Assembly (NCBI GenBank): GCA_003514005.1
Contig: DOSJ01000019.1
Coordinates: forward strand, 22,868-86,867
Source of the DNA: Candidatus Falkowbacteria bacterium
GTDB lineage: Bacteria > Patescibacteriota > Patescibacteriia > Patescibacteriales > UBA12075
Length of the DNA stretch: 64,000 nucleotides
Reading direction: 5' to 3'
In this document: positions 43,149 through 53,452 of the stretch, one piece after another
Layout of the letters: the number at the start of each line of letters is the position of its first letter
Position numbering within the stretch: position 1 is the stretch's first letter
The notes under the pieces: generated by a model
The model's database searches: none
Told to the model about the DNA's origin: nothing
What the model saw: the letters and a program-made list of their open reading frames with translations, nothing else
Program-made: the position numbers and the translations under genes

Positions 43149-44702
43149 TTACAGGTCATCAGCGAAACGGCTTTTGCGGCGCAAATAGTATCTGACAAGA
43201 CCGAAAACGATTACCACGAAAGTTATTCCAAAAATATTAAAATAACGAATCGCGACCCGTCCACTGTCAGACAGCTCTTTGATCGGCCGGCTGGAAACGC
43301 CCTTGGAACGGATATTGATCAAGTCTTCGTCAAGACTTAGACTGTCTACCAAATTCTGGAACATAACTAGATTATCCGGAGTATTGCGGACAAAATTATC
43401 ATTGACAAAATCGCTGTCCCCGACCACTACCAAGCGTCCGCTAAACTTATCCGGCGCGTCATCCTTGCTCTCCGGATACGCGTTTGCAAGTAAACCGTTG
43501 ACTGCGACCGCTATCGTATACTCATCTTGCGCGCCTTTGGCAGTATTGGCATTATTGGGCGTTACGTCAAAATTGCTTTTAACGAGCCAAGCTTTGGGCG
43601 TAGTAAACGCCAATGCTTTATATTCGCCCTCGTCAATTTTTCCGGCATCAATATTGATACTGCTTGCCCAAGGGAAAATTACGTTCTCCAAACTGGAAAC
43701 CGCGCTGTGGTCTTTGGCAAATCCTTCGCTGGTAACTTTTGGCCAAAAAGAATAGTTGCTGGAAAAGGTAAAAAATCCCTGGGAAAAAGAAGCCATGCCG
43801 CTACGCGTATCCGCCACCAAGTCTTTATTAACGGTTACGCCGTATTTTTTCAAAAGTTCCGGCAAGTTCGATTTGTTCTCACTGGCCGCAAGCCCTTGTC
43901 CGATATTTACGCCATCAAACAAAACCAAAAGCGATCCGCCATGCGCGACAAATTTGTTTATTGCCTTAAACTGGTCTTCATTAAAATTTTCTTTTGGACC
44001 GACGATGATTAATGTATTGATATTTTCCGGAATTTTCGGATCCTTTTCTGCAAGCTGAACGTTAGATATCGTATAAATCTCGGCCAACTCCGTACTTGCC
44101 AGTTTGAGGGCGCTTTCCATGTCTGTAGTCCCGTGCGAAGTCAAAAAACCAATACTCGCAATCTGATCAGCAGTAATTTTTTTAATCGCGGTAGTCAGTT
44201 GGTATTCAAGATCTCCCGTACTTTGCTTAACCGCGGGAATCGCCTCGACTTTGTCGCCAAAACTGATCGCAATCCCCATATAGCCGTTGACCAACTGGGT
44301 TTTGTCTTTTTCATAAACCTCAAACGTCAATTGCGGAATACCGATCGACATTAGTTCGCGCTTCAATGCTTCGTCATTCGCAGGGTCAATAAATTCCACG
44401 CGCAATTTACCGTTGGAAAATGCTTGATATTCATCCAGAATATCTTTTACTTCTTGGCGCGCGCCAATAAATTGGCTTGGCAAGTTCTCGCTAAAATACG
44501 CCTTTACCGTAACAACATCGGATAATTCAGAAACCGTTTTCTTGCTTGCTTTGGAAATCGAAAATTCCTTGCCGTCCGTCAAATCCCAACGATAAAAAAT
44601 CTGATAAGAAAAAAAGTTTACTACGATCAAGATGCCAATCAAAAGAATCACTGTAATCGATAAATCTGCTTTTTTTATTTTTTTAGTTATTTTTTCGTTC
44701 AT
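43149..44702 (-). CDS. GldG-like ABC-transporter auxiliary protein
   Basis: 517 aa with terminal TM anchors. N-terminal YRWDLTDGKEFSISKASKKTVSELSDVVTVKAYFS is typical of the GldG family. Confidence 0.75.
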   Translation of the reverse strand: MNEKITKKIKKADLSITVILLIGILIVVNFFSYQIFYRWDLTDGKEFSISKASKKTVSELSDVVTVKAYFSENLPSQFIGARQEVKDILDEYQAFSNGKLRVEFIDPANDEALKRELMSIGIPQLTFEVYEKDKTQLVNGYMGIAISFGDKVEAIPAVKQSTGDLEYQLTTAIKKITADQIASIGFLTSHGTTDMESALKLASTELAEIYTISNVQLAEKDPKIPENINTLIIVGPKENFNEDQFKAINKFVAHGGSLLVLFDGVNIGQGLAASENKSNLPELLKKYGVTVNKDLVADTRSGMASFSQGFFTFSSNYSFWPKVTSEGFAKDHSAVSSLENVIFPWASSINIDAGKIDEGEYKALAFTTPKAWLVKSNFDVTPNNANTAKGAQDEYTIAVAVNGLLANAYPESKDDAPDKFSGRLVVVGDSDFVNDNFVRNTPDNLVMFQNLVDSLSLDEDLINIRSKGVSSRPIKELSDSGRVAIRYFNIFGITFVVIVFGLVRYYLRRKSRFADDL

Positions 44703-44813
44703 AAGTTTTAGTTGAAAGTTGAAAGTTAAAAGTTATAAAGTATAAAGTTATAAAGTTAATAAATTTAAAGTTTAAAAATTACTTTCAACTTTATAACTTT
44801 AAACTTTTTACTT
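44703..44813. repeat. hairpin, AGTTGAAAGT word family
   Basis: agttgaaagttgaaagttaaaagttataaagt... vs actttcaactttataactttaaactttttactt. The same words lie inside xth (10292-10346). Confidence 0.75.
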
Positions 44814-44820
44814 AGTGATA

Positions 44821-45552
44821 TTATTTCCATCCCCTGCTCTCAATCACGCGTGCATTCAACCAGAGGAACAGAAAAATAAAAGACCCATAATAGATAATAT
44901 CTTTAGAATCAATCACACCTTTGGCAATATTATAGAAATGACTGCCAAGGCCCAAGAATTTAAAAAATGGAACAATAAATTTTGGCACGCCGATCAAAAC
45001 GAATTCCGTTCCGATTATAAAAAAAACAAAACACGCGACCAATCCCAAAACAAAAGCAATAATCTGGTTTTTTGTCAGACTGGAAATAAACAAACCTAGT
45101 GCAAGATACGAACCGCCCAAAAGAAGCGAGCCCAGGTAACTGCCGATAACAGGGCCAAGCTCCAAATTACCAAGAAGCGCCAAGCTAATCGGCAAAGAAA
45201 TGCTTAAAAGCAAAGCGATAAACATAAAGCTGAGCGCACCCAAAAATTTTGCCCAAACAACCTGCCAGTCAGTTACCGGCAAGGTTAATAAAAACTCGAT
45301 CGTTCCGCTCTTTTTTTCCTCTGCCCACAGGCGCATCGTCAAAGCCGGCGATAAGAATAAAAATATCCAAGGCAGTAGGTCAAAATATCCGCGCATGGAG
45401 ATCTGGCCGATCAGAAAAAAGCTCTTAAAAAACATCCAATTGCCGACAACCAAAAAAACCCCGATAAAAATATAAGCAATCGGAGAATTAAAATAAGACA
45501 TTAATTCTTTTTTAAATAAGACGTAAATTGTTCTAAGGTATTCTTTACTCAT
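44821..45552 (-). CDS. ABC-2 type permease (GldF-like)
   Basis: 243 aa with 6 TM helices, located between the ATPase and the GldG-like gene. Confidence 0.7.
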   Translation of the reverse strand: MSKEYLRTIYVLFKKELMSYFNSPIAYIFIGVFLVVGNWMFFKSFFLIGQISMRGYFDLLPWIFLFLSPALTMRLWAEEKKSGTIEFLLTLPVTDWQVVWAKFLGALSFMFIALLLSISLPISLALLGNLELGPVIGSYLGSLLLGGSYLALGLFISSLTKNQIIAFVLGLVACFVFFIIGTEFVLIGVPKFIVPFFKFLGLGSHFYNIAKGVIDSKDIIYYGSFIFLFLWLNARVIESRGWK

Positions 45553-45562
45553 AAAAATTATA

Positions 45563-45640
45563 ATTCAAATCTACAAATGATATTCGAATACTACAAATAA
45601 TATTTTTGTAGTATTTGAATATCATTTGTAGTATTCGTAT
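45563..45640. repeat. hairpin, TACTACAAA word family
   Basis: attcaaatctacaaatgatattcgaatactacaaa vs tttgtagtatttgaatatcatttgtagtattcg. Confidence 0.75.
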
Positions 45641-45651
45641 TAATTTATCAT

Positions 45652-46581
45652 TTATTTTGTCAATTCCCGAAACACATCCTCCAAACTCATACTCTTCTTG
45701 GAAAATTCCAATATACTCCAATTTTTATTCATGACAGTCTGCGAAAGCGCTTCGCGCAAATCAACTCCGGCTTTCGGCTCGATTTCATATCCAAAAATAT
45801 TTTCGCTTTCACGGTCTTTGCTTTCAACTTTTTCTACGTTTTCCAGATCTCGCAACGCTGTTTCCACTTCTGCTTTCGGCCCTTTGATTTTAACATAAAT
45901 CAACTCTTTGGAACCGATCTTTTGCGCCAGTTCGTTCGGATTGCCCTCGCCGACTATTTTTCCGTTATTAATAATAACAACGCGGTCGCAAGTCGCGCTG
46001 ACTTCGCCCAAGATATGCGTGGAAAAAATAACGGTTTTTTCTTTGCCGATTTTTTTGATCAAATCGCGGATTTCCGTGATCTGATTCGGATCCAAACCGG
46101 TAGTTGGCTCGTCCAAAATCAGGATATCCGGCTTATGCATAATCGCTTGCGCCAAACCGACTCTTTGCCGATAACCTTTTGACAGCTCTTCAATCGGCTT
46201 GCGGATGACTTTGGAAAGACCACAATCACTAACTACTTCCTTGATTCTTTCACGGATTTTATCCTTTGCGATTCCGCGCACTTCAGCAATGAATTTTAAA
46301 TATTCATAAACGCGCATATCCTCGTACAAAGGCACAGTTTCCGGCAGATAGCCGATTTTTGCGCGTGACACTAGTGTGTCTTGGGTAATGTTTACTCCAT
46401 CAATCAAAACACTACCGCTGGTCGGAGTCCAAAAAGATGTGATAATTTTCATGGTTGTGGATTTACCGGCGCCATTTGGCCCAAGAAAACCCAAAATTTC
46501 ACCTTTTTTCACTTCTAGACTAATGTCATCAAGAATAGTGGTATTACCAAATTTTTTTGTTAAGTTTTTTATTTCTATCAT
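45652..46581 (-). CDS. ABC transporter ATP-binding protein (GldA-like)
   Basis: Walker A GPNGAGKST, signature LSKGYRQR and Walker B ILILDEPT. ATG 46581 preferred over the TTG at 46587. Confidence 0.9.
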   Translation of the reverse strand: MIEIKNLTKKFGNTTILDDISLEVKKGEILGFLGPNGAGKSTTMKIITSFWTPTSGSVLIDGVNITQDTLVSRAKIGYLPETVPLYEDMRVYEYLKFIAEVRGIAKDKIRERIKEVVSDCGLSKVIRKPIEELSKGYRQRVGLAQAIMHKPDILILDEPTTGLDPNQITEIRDLIKKIGKEKTVIFSTHILGEVSATCDRVVIINNGKIVGEGNPNELAQKIGSKELIYVKIKGPKAEVETALRDLENVEKVESKDRESENIFGYEIEPKAGVDLREALSQTVMNKNWSILEFSKKSMSLEDVFRELTK

Positions 46582-46592
46582 ATACAAATTTT

Positions 46593-46673
46593 AATTTCTA
46601 ATTTCTAAATTATAATTTCTAATAAATATAATTAAAAAATAATTTAGAAATTAGTAATTATAATTTAGAAATT
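46593..46673. repeat. hairpin in 5-prime leader of the ABC operon, TTAGAAA word family
   Basis: aatttctaatttctaaattataatttctaa vs ttagaaattagtaattataatttagaaatt. Lies between candidate promoter 46687-46714 and the ATG. Confidence 0.8.
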
Positions 46674-46686
46674 ATTAATTAATAAA

Positions 46687-46714
46687 ATTATAGTAAATTC
46701 TCCACATCTGACAA
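46687..46714 (-). promoter_or_regulatory. candidate sigma70 promoter of the ABC operon
   Basis: On the minus strand: TTGTCA (46714-46709), 16 nt, TATAAT (46692-46687). Confidence 0.5.
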
Positions 46715-46743
46715 GACCCGCACTGTGGATAAATAACAACCAT

Positions 46744-47883
46744 TTATTTCATCTCTCCCAACTCAACGATCTTGACTATCACCTTGTCACCACGTAATAT
46801 TTTTAGTCCGATTTTTTTGCCGGGTGAAAAACGCTGGACAATTGATAACAAAGTATTTCGGCCTTCGATTTTTATGGTGTCAACTTCGTAAATAATGTCT
46901 CCGGGTAAGAGGCCGGCCTTCTCCGCCGGTGAGCCGGGAATAACCGCCGGTATTTTTCTTTCTCCATCTGTCGTAATCCAGGCTCCGCTTTCGCGCTTCA
47001 GTTTGTTGTCGATAGCGACTTGCGGCGTCAACATAGTGTATTGGATACCCAAAAACGGACGGCTGATTTTTCCATTTTTAATAATGCTTTCAATCGTAAC
47101 TTTCGCGTCATTGATCGGTATCGCAAATCCGATCAAAGAACCGCTTTCCTCGGTTGCCGTATTGATTCCGATAACTTTTCCATAAAGATCGACAAGCGGG
47201 CCACCGGAATTGCCGCGATTAATCTTTGCGTCGGTCTGAATGACATTGTCCAGCTGTTCAAAAGTATCACTGCCGTCGCTCGCCGACACGCTTCGGTCAA
47301 GCGCGCTCACAATCCCCTTTGTTACACTGTTTTCATATCGCCCCAGGGCATTGCCAATCGCCAGCACAGTCGTGCCGACTTCCAGCTTATTGCTATCGCC
47401 AAGCTCAACACTGGGCAGATTTTTGTCATATATTTTCAAAACTGCCAAATCAAATATCGGATCTTCGGCAATAAATTGCGCGTAATATTCTTTTCCGGAA
47501 TTTAATATCACTCTGTATTCTCCGGTTTTTCTATCAATACCGCTGACAACATGGCGATTTGTCAAAATATAGCCGGCAGAAGAAATAATAAATCCAGTCC
47601 CTCTTTGTTTTTCCACGCGCTTTTTCGGCGTCTTGATGCTTCCCTGCGCGGTTTCGATTTCGATTATTGAATCAAGGTCATAAACAATAATACTGACAAC
47701 CGCGGGTTTGATTTTTTTTATCGCCCTGATCGTCGCTTCTTGGTCATCCAAACGAAAATCTTCCGCTGTCGCTTCCCTGTAAATTTTCTCTTTTGCAAAA
47801 AATAAAAAACCGCCACTAATAAAAAATACTAAAAAAATCATTAATATAATTTTATCAATTCGGTTTTTTAACATATGCGACAA
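46744..47883 (-). CDS. htrA: HtrA/DegP-family serine protease with PDZ domain
   Basis: 379 aa with an N-terminal TM and the catalytic triad context TNRHVV, DLAVLK and GNSGGPL, plus a C-terminal PDZ domain. Confidence 0.9.
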   Translation of the reverse strand: MSHMLKNRIDKIILMIFLVFFISGGFLFFAKEKIYREATAEDFRLDDQEATIRAIKKIKPAVVSIIVYDLDSIIEIETAQGSIKTPKKRVEKQRGTGFIISSAGYILTNRHVVSGIDRKTGEYRVILNSGKEYYAQFIAEDPIFDLAVLKIYDKNLPSVELGDSNKLEVGTTVLAIGNALGRYENSVTKGIVSALDRSVSASDGSDTFEQLDNVIQTDAKINRGNSGGPLVDLYGKVIGINTATEESGSLIGFAIPINDAKVTIESIIKNGKISRPFLGIQYTMLTPQVAIDNKLKRESGAWITTDGERKIPAVIPGSPAEKAGLLPGDIIYEVDTIKIEGRNTLLSIVQRFSPGKKIGLKILRGDKVIVKIVELGEMK

Positions 47884-47904
47884 GCATTAACAAGTTTTAA
47901 AATC

Positions 47905-48309
47905 TTATACGTAATTTGCTAATTTTTCCATCTCTACTTCGGATAATTCATTGTACGGCCTTCCAAAAATCCGCATCGCTTCTTCGTCGATCTTTTTTTG
48001 CGCGCCTTGCATTTGTGCTTGCTGATTCGCGCGATAAGAATCAAAAGCGGCACTTTCTTTATTTAATAAAAATTTAATCGTTTTGGCAGGTAATTTCGTT
48101 TCGTATCTATCGCTACCTTCATTATGCTGGCTGATTAATATCAGCTTAGTTCCGGAAAAATCAAAACATACTACCCAATTCTCATCAACCACTTCAATCT
48201 GTTTCTTGTTTTTATCCAAAAAAATATTTTCTGCGATTTGAATTGGTTTTTCAGTATTATTTTCAATTTTCTCTGAATAAAAATTTTGTTCGCCAATCAT
48301 AATTTTCAT
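47905..48309 (-). CDS. hypothetical protein
   Basis: 134-aa ORF between dnaJ and htrA. No recognisable motifs. Confidence 0.5.
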   Translation of the reverse strand: MKIMIGEQNFYSEKIENNTEKPIQIAENIFLDKNKKQIEVVDENWVVCFDFSGTKLILISQHNEGSDRYETKLPAKTIKFLLNKESAAFDSYRANQQAQMQGAQKKIDEEAMRIFGRPYNELSEVEMEKLANYV

Positions 48310-48338
48310 TTTAGCTTGCGTTTATATCTAGAAAATAA

Positions 48339-49445
48339 CTACAAATCTAGGTCTTCTAATAATTTCTTTTGCTTCCGGCTAATTGATGTCGGAATTTTGA
48401 CTTTTATCTCAACATAATGATCACCTTTACCGCTTTCTCTTAGCCTGCTAATACCCTTACCCTTCAGCTTAAAAACCGTTTCCGATTGAGTGCCGGCCGG
48501 TACTTTCAGCTCTACTTCGCCGTCAACGGTTTCTATATCAATCTTAGCACCCAAAACTGCCTCTGTAAAGCTAATAAATTTTTGCGATTTGACATCATAG
48601 CCTTCGCGCGCGAATTTTTTACTGCCTCGGACTTGAAGCTTGATATACAAATCGCCGGCTCCGGCGCCTTGTTCACCGGCCTCGCCATGGCCGCTCAAAC
48701 GAATACTTTCGCCATTATCAATTCCCGCGGGAATTTTCACATTCAACTTAACACTATCCATTGCTACGCCGCTACCTTTGCATTTTTTGCATTTTTGCGT
48801 ATAGGTCTTGCCTTCACCGTCACAATTGTCGCAAGGCGCCTGTACCTGCATATTGCCAAGTATCGTCCTTTGTATGCGCGTAACTCTTCCTGTCCCTTTG
48901 CAAACTCCGCAAGTATCGATTTTTGTACCAGGCTCGGCCAGATTGCCATGACAATGGTCGCAAACAACCTTTTTTTCAATATTAATCTCTTTTTCCACGC
49001 CAAAAACCGCTTCTTCAAAATCGATAGTTAAAAGCACCTGCAAATCCCGTCCTCGCTGTTTCTGCCGTCTTTGTCCGCGGCCGCCGGAAAAGCCGAAGAT
49101 ATCGCCAATACCGCTAAAGATATCGCCCAAATCTTCATACTCAACTCCGCCTTGTGCGCCGCTAAAACCGCTCGCAAAGCCGGAAAAATCGCGAAAACCT
49201 TCAAAGCCGCTGAATCCGCCCTGTCCCCTGGCTTGTTCAAAGGTCGAGCCGTATTGATCATATTGCGCCCGTTTTTCTTTGTTACCCAAAACCTGATAAG
49301 CCTCGTTCAGCTCCTTGAATTTCGCTTCATCGCCACCGCTCTTGTCCGGATGATATTGATGCGCCTTTTTCCGAAATGCCTGTTTAATCTCTTCTTCACT
49401 GGCACCCTTGGATACGCCGAGAGTATTGTAATAGTCTTTACCCAT
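48339..49445 (-). CDS. dnaJ: molecular chaperone DnaJ
   Basis: J-domain (DYYNTLGV..HPD), G/F region and four CxxCxGxG zinc motifs. ATG 49445 (MGKDYY) preferred; the track extension to 49478 translates the TACTACAAA repeat. Confidence 0.93.
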   Translation of the reverse strand: MGKDYYNTLGVSKGASEEEIKQAFRKKAHQYHPDKSGGDEAKFKELNEAYQVLGNKEKRAQYDQYGSTFEQARGQGGFSGFEGFRDFSGFASGFSGAQGGVEYEDLGDIFSGIGDIFGFSGGRGQRRQKQRGRDLQVLLTIDFEEAVFGVEKEINIEKKVVCDHCHGNLAEPGTKIDTCGVCKGTGRVTRIQRTILGNMQVQAPCDNCDGEGKTYTQKCKKCKGSGVAMDSVKLNVKIPAGIDNGESIRLSGHGEAGEQGAGAGDLYIKLQVRGSKKFAREGYDVKSQKFISFTEAVLGAKIDIETVDGEVELKVPAGTQSETVFKLKGKGISRLRESGKGDHYVEIKVKIPTSISRKQKKLLEDLDL

Positions 49446-49520
49446 AAATATAATGCAAATACTACAAATGTAATTCAAATGCTACAAATAAATAATTTCT
49501 TACTTCTAACTTCTCACTTC

Positions 49521-51431
49521 TTATTTATTCTTCTTTTCCGTAAACACCCCTTCCAACGGATCATCTTTCTTGTCAGCCTTTTGTTCACCCTCCGCCGCGC
49601 CTTCCGTCTTCCCGGCCGCATCCGCTTGCGCCTGCGCTGAATACATAGCCGCGCCGATGCGCTGAGCCACCTGACTCATCTCTTCCATCTTCTTTTTGAT
49701 ATCTTCCGCGTCATCGCCGTCTTTGATTTTTTTCAATGCTTCGAGCTTTTCTTCCAGCTCTTTTTTGTCTTCCGCTTTCATCTTATCGCCAGATTCTTTC
49801 AGGAGTTTTTCCGTGGTAAAGACTACGGTCTCGGCTTGATTCTTTATTTCAATATTCTCTTTTTTCTTTTTATCTTCTTCGGCATGCGCTTCCGCTTCTT
49901 TTTTCATGCGCTCGATTTCTTCTTTACTTAATCCGGATGATGCTGTAATTGAAATGCTTTGCTGTTTGCCGGTCGCTTTGTCTTTTGCACTTACGTTCAA
50001 TATGCCATTTGCGTCGATATTGAAAGAAACTTCAATCTGCGGAACACCGCGCGGTGCCGGCGGAATGCCATCGAGCATAAATCTTCCCAAGGTCTTATTA
50101 TCTGCCGCCATCCCGCGTTCGCCTTGAACAATGTGGATTTCCACGCTGGTCTGACTGTCAGCCGCAGTTGAAAATACTTGTGATTTACCGGTCGGAATGG
50201 TTGTATTGCGCTCAATCAAAGCGGTTGAAATACCGCCAAGTGTTTCAATACCAAGTGACAAGGGTGTAACATCCAAAAGCAAAACGTCCTTAACCTCCCC
50301 GCGCAATACACCGGCCTGCACAGCCGCGCCAATCGCAACCACTTCATCCGGATTAACGCTCAAATTCGGCTCTTTGCCAAAAAATTCTTTTACCTTTTGC
50401 TGAACCAAGGGCATGCGTGTCATACCACCGACCAAAATAACTTCTTCAATGTCGCTCGTTTTAAAACCGGCATCACGCAAAGCCTCACGACAAGGATGCA
50501 TGGTTTTTTCTACCAAATGTCCGACCAATTCTTCCAATTTCGCCCGTGTAATTTTCATCACCAAATGCTTCGGACCGTTTTCGTCAGTCGTAATAAACGG
50601 CTGATTGATTTCCGATTCCATAGTGGTGGAAAGCTCGATTTTCGCTTTTTCCGCCGCTTCTTTGATTCTTTGCAAAGCCAATTTGTCATTGCCAAGATTT
50701 AGACCAGTGTCTTTCTTAAATTCTTCAATAATCCATTTGATGATAATCTGGTCAAAATCTTCTCCGCCCAAATGCGTATCGCCGTTTGTGGCTTTCACTT
50801 CAACCGTATCTTCGGATACATCCAAAATCGAAACATCAAAAGTACCGCCACCAAGGTCATACACAGCAATCTTCTGTCCTTTCTTTTTTTCAAAACCATA
50901 AGCCAAGGCCGCGGCTGTCGGCTCATTGATAATGCGCAAAACATCCAAGCCGGCAATCTTGCCCGCGTCCTTTGTCGCTTGACGCTGTGAATCATTAAAA
51001 TATGCGGGAACGGTAATTACCGCTTCAGTAATTTTTTCTCCGATTTTCGCTTCGACGTCTGCCTTGATTTTTGACAAAATCATAGCCGACACTTCTTGCG
51101 GCGAATAATCTTTATCATTCATCTTAACGCTAACGCCTTCACCGGTTTTTACGATCTTGTAAGGCACGTGATTAATATCGCGCTGTACTTCTTCGTCTTC
51201 AAACTTTCTGCCAATCAAGCGCTTAACAGCATAAACCGTATTTTCCGGATTGGTAACAGCCTGACGCTTCGCAGTTTGCCCGATCAATCTTTCGCCATTT
51301 TTAGAAATAGCAACAATCGAAGGCGTCGTGCGATTGCCTTCCACATTCTCAATTATCTTCGGCTGTCCGCCTTCCATTATCGCGACAGCACTATTAGTGG
51401 TACCCAAATCGATACCAATTATTTTTGACAT
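49521..51431 (-). CDS. dnaK: molecular chaperone DnaK
   Basis: 636 aa with [18 protein letters not shown] and [11 protein letters not shown]. Confidence 0.97.
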   Translation of the reverse strand: MSKIIGIDLGTTNSAVAIMEGGQPKIIENVEGNRTTPSIVAISKNGERLIGQTAKRQAVTNPENTVYAVKRLIGRKFEDEEVQRDINHVPYKIVKTGEGVSVKMNDKDYSPQEVSAMILSKIKADVEAKIGEKITEAVITVPAYFNDSQRQATKDAGKIAGLDVLRIINEPTAAALAYGFEKKKGQKIAVYDLGGGTFDVSILDVSEDTVEVKATNGDTHLGGEDFDQIIIKWIIEEFKKDTGLNLGNDKLALQRIKEAAEKAKIELSTTMESEINQPFITTDENGPKHLVMKITRAKLEELVGHLVEKTMHPCREALRDAGFKTSDIEEVILVGGMTRMPLVQQKVKEFFGKEPNLSVNPDEVVAIGAAVQAGVLRGEVKDVLLLDVTPLSLGIETLGGISTALIERNTTIPTGKSQVFSTAADSQTSVEIHIVQGERGMAADNKTLGRFMLDGIPPAPRGVPQIEVSFNIDANGILNVSAKDKATGKQQSISITASSGLSKEEIERMKKEAEAHAEEDKKKKENIEIKNQAETVVFTTEKLLKESGDKMKAEDKKELEEKLEALKKIKDGDDAEDIKKKMEEMSQVAQRIGAAMYSAQAQADAAGKTEGAAEGEQKADKKDDPLEGVFTEKKNK

Positions 51432-51496
51432 ATTTTTTGTTGTTAGTTAATTATTTATAATAATATATTTATTATTTTACACTTGATGAATCAACT

Positions 51497-51602
51497 CGTT
51501 CATCAGGTACTTAGGTACTTAGGGCTTAGGGATTTTTAAAATAATATTTGACTATAAATCCCTATTCCCCAAGTACCTAAGTACCTAAGTACCTGATGAA
51601 CG
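51497..51602. repeat. hairpin upstream of dnaK, CCTAAGTA word family
   Basis: cgttcatcaggtacttaggtacttagggcttagggattt vs aaatccctattccccaagtacctaagtacctaagtacctgatgaacg. Confidence 0.75.
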
Positions 51603-51651
51603 TCTATTCTTTCACGAACGATATATACGAAATCTTCTTACTTCTAAATTC

Positions 51652-52611
51652 TTACTTAACCTCCACTGATTTTAACATCTCTTCAAAACCCTCCATCGGC
51701 ATCAATCCAAAATCCATATTAACAAACGCCACTCCCTTGTATTTTTCTTTTTTCAAATTAAGCAATGCCCCGACATTTTCACCGATATCAACGAATGGTT
51801 TTCCGGCGTTTTTGCTAAAGTCATCTTGGCCGATAAAACTTTTTTTATTTATCACGAGCGCTTCACCGCCACGATAACCGATTATCTTGGCTGGTTGAAT
51901 TTCAAATTTGGTTGAATCTCTTTTTCCTGGTTCTTCAAAATAGTATTTATTCTTTTGGTCCAAAAATCCCAAAGTCTCTTTAAAGTCATAAATGCTTGAT
52001 GTTGCTTCCCGTACAAAATTTGTGCTCACTCCGCCAAAAACCAACTTATCATTCAAAGAAAATTTGCCGTTAAAAATCGTGCTCGAGGCTTTTTCGGTAA
52101 ATTCAACCGTAACTTCGCCGAATACCGCCGGATACAAAAACGATAAACCTAAATCATTATTCGTATATTGTTTTTTAGCGGATTTTAACAATTCCGCCTT
52201 TTCTTCAAGCTCTTTTTTCGATGCCAAAAGATCTTCTTTCTCCTTTTCCGTTCCGCTTAATTTTTCCTTAAGATTTTCCAAGCGCTTTTCAAACTCTTCT
52301 TTGCTCGCGGTCGCCTCCGCGCTGATTTTTTTAAGATTCTTTCCGGTCGTACTGTTCTGCCAAAAATATATTCCACCGCCGACGATTATCGCGGTAACAA
52401 CAACTGAAGTTATCAAAGACATTAGTCCGCCAGAATCCTTTGCGCGCTCAAAATTTCTTGATTCATCTTTTTTTTCACTTACGCTTTTTTTGCGAAGCGT
52501 TGTTTTCTTTTTCGCAGCCGGCTTTGCTTCTTTTTTTTCAACTTCATTCACAGTATCGTTTTCACTTTCATCATTCACTAATATTTTTACTCCGTCCATT
52601 TTTGTATTCAT
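51652..52611 (-). CDS. hypothetical membrane-anchored coiled-coil protein
   Basis: ATG 52611 (MNTKMDGV) preferred over 52647, which overlaps a conserved upstream block. Lys/Glu-rich N-terminus, one TM (LITSVVVTAIIVGGGIYF), a coiled coil and a C-terminal domain. Confidence 0.5.
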   Translation of the reverse strand: MNTKMDGVKILVNDESENDTVNEVEKKEAKPAAKKKTTLRKKSVSEKKDESRNFERAKDSGGLMSLITSVVVTAIIVGGGIYFWQNSTTGKNLKKISAEATASKEEFEKRLENLKEKLSGTEKEKEDLLASKKELEEKAELLKSAKKQYTNNDLGLSFLYPAVFGEVTVEFTEKASSTIFNGKFSLNDKLVFGGVSTNFVREATSSIYDFKETLGFLDQKNKYYFEEPGKRDSTKFEIQPAKIIGYRGGEALVINKKSFIGQDDFSKNAGKPFVDIGENVGALLNLKKEKYKGVAFVNMDFGLMPMEGFEEMLKSVEVK

Positions 52612-52648
52612 ATATTTTTTTATTAATAAATAGCTTATACACTTCAAA

Positions 52649-52751
52649 GTTTTCTTGTCTTTTTATTTTTTTTATCGGGAGGCAGCCTCTTTATTGTATT
52701 TTGTTATAAAGGCATTGCAAGGAGATAAAAAAAATAAAAAGACAAGAAAAC
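52649..52751. repeat. 28-bp perfect inverted repeat with 47-nt loop
   Basis: gttttcttgtctttttattttttttatc (52649-52676) is the exact reverse complement of 52724-52751. Confidence 0.8.
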
Positions 52752-52850
52752 AGGTTGTATGCGATTTAAACGGGTAAATCAAAAATTGTTAAATCGTCAT
52801 ATTGTTATACTTTCCAAAAAGTATAACAATATAGCTATCCAGCAATCGCT

Positions 52851-53279
52851 TTATTTTTTCTTAGTTTCAATTTTAATAGTCTTCGGCTTCGCTTCCGGTG
52901 CCTTGGGGATGAATATTTTCAAAACCCCATCAACCGCCTCGGCGCGCGCCTTATCGCTTTCGACATGCGTCGGCAAAGGAATACTCCGATAAAAACTGCC
53001 ACGCCGGATTTCTTTGCGGTAATAATTCTTATCCTCCACCTCGCTCTTCTTTTCACTCTCACCACGAACGCATAGTACGTCATTTTCAATCGAAATATCT
53101 ACTTTCTCCGGATCAATTCCGGCTAATTGCGTTTCCACAATTACATTATCATTGTCTTCATAAACATCTACAGCCGGCATAAAGCCTGTTTGATTGCCCC
53201 GCATAACAGGCCAATCAGATAACATTTTGTCCATTTCCTCGAATGGCTCAAGGAACGGACTCCATTTTATTAAAGCCAT
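52851..53279 (-). CDS. Hsp20/alpha-crystallin small heat-shock protein
   Basis: 142 aa with an alpha-crystallin domain (PAVDVYEDNDNVIVETQLAGI..F.RSIPLP..V....A....GVL.I.IPK). Confidence 0.9.
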   Translation of the reverse strand: MALIKWSPFLEPFEEMDKMLSDWPVMRGNQTGFMPAVDVYEDNDNVIVETQLAGIDPEKVDISIENDVLCVRGESEKKSEVEDKNYYRKEIRRGSFYRSIPLPTHVESDKARAEAVDGVLKIFIPKAPEAKPKTIKIETKKK

Positions 53280-53355
53280 ACGCTTTTTGTGCCGAATCAG
53301 CTATTTCATATATATAGATATGTACGAAAAAGCTGAATTGGCAAATTACTATATT

Positions 53356-53452
53356 AATATTCAATTTTCAATATTCAATATACAATTTTCAACAATTATT
53401 ATTTTTTATAATTGATCATTGAAAATTTATTGAAAATTGATTATTGATTATT
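53356..53452. repeat. hairpin, ATTGAATATTG word family
   Basis: aatattcaattttcaatattcaatatacaattttcaacaat vs attgatcattgaaaatttattgaaaattgattattgattatt. The right arm overlaps the grpE stop. The same words lie inside femAB (31297-31370). Confidence 0.75.

Noticed and set aside
49446-49478. N-terminal extensions given by the track for dnaJ (49478), hrcA (54846), xth (10582), murE-like (30785), the ABC ATPase (46587), DUF2283 (19706) and ORF 9292.
   Set aside because: The extensions start at TTG, or inside repeat or hairpin sequence. An ATG that restores the canonical N-terminus (MGKDYY, MDPRKE, MKIISWN and so on) lies just downstream.
51484-51505. The dnaK upstream inverted repeat as a known HAIR (HspR) or CtsR operator.
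   Set aside because: The sequence TGATGAA-N8-TTCATCA matches neither CTTGAGT-N7-ACTCAAG nor the GGTCAAA direct repeats. It is also part of the larger CCTAAGTA hairpin base. It is mentioned only within the heat-shock finding.
52759-52992. The plus-strand 77-aa ORF downstream of the inverted copy of the 52.7-kb block as a divergent gene.
   Set aside because: It runs antisense through the hsp20 C-terminus, and it has no start context or recognisable motifs.
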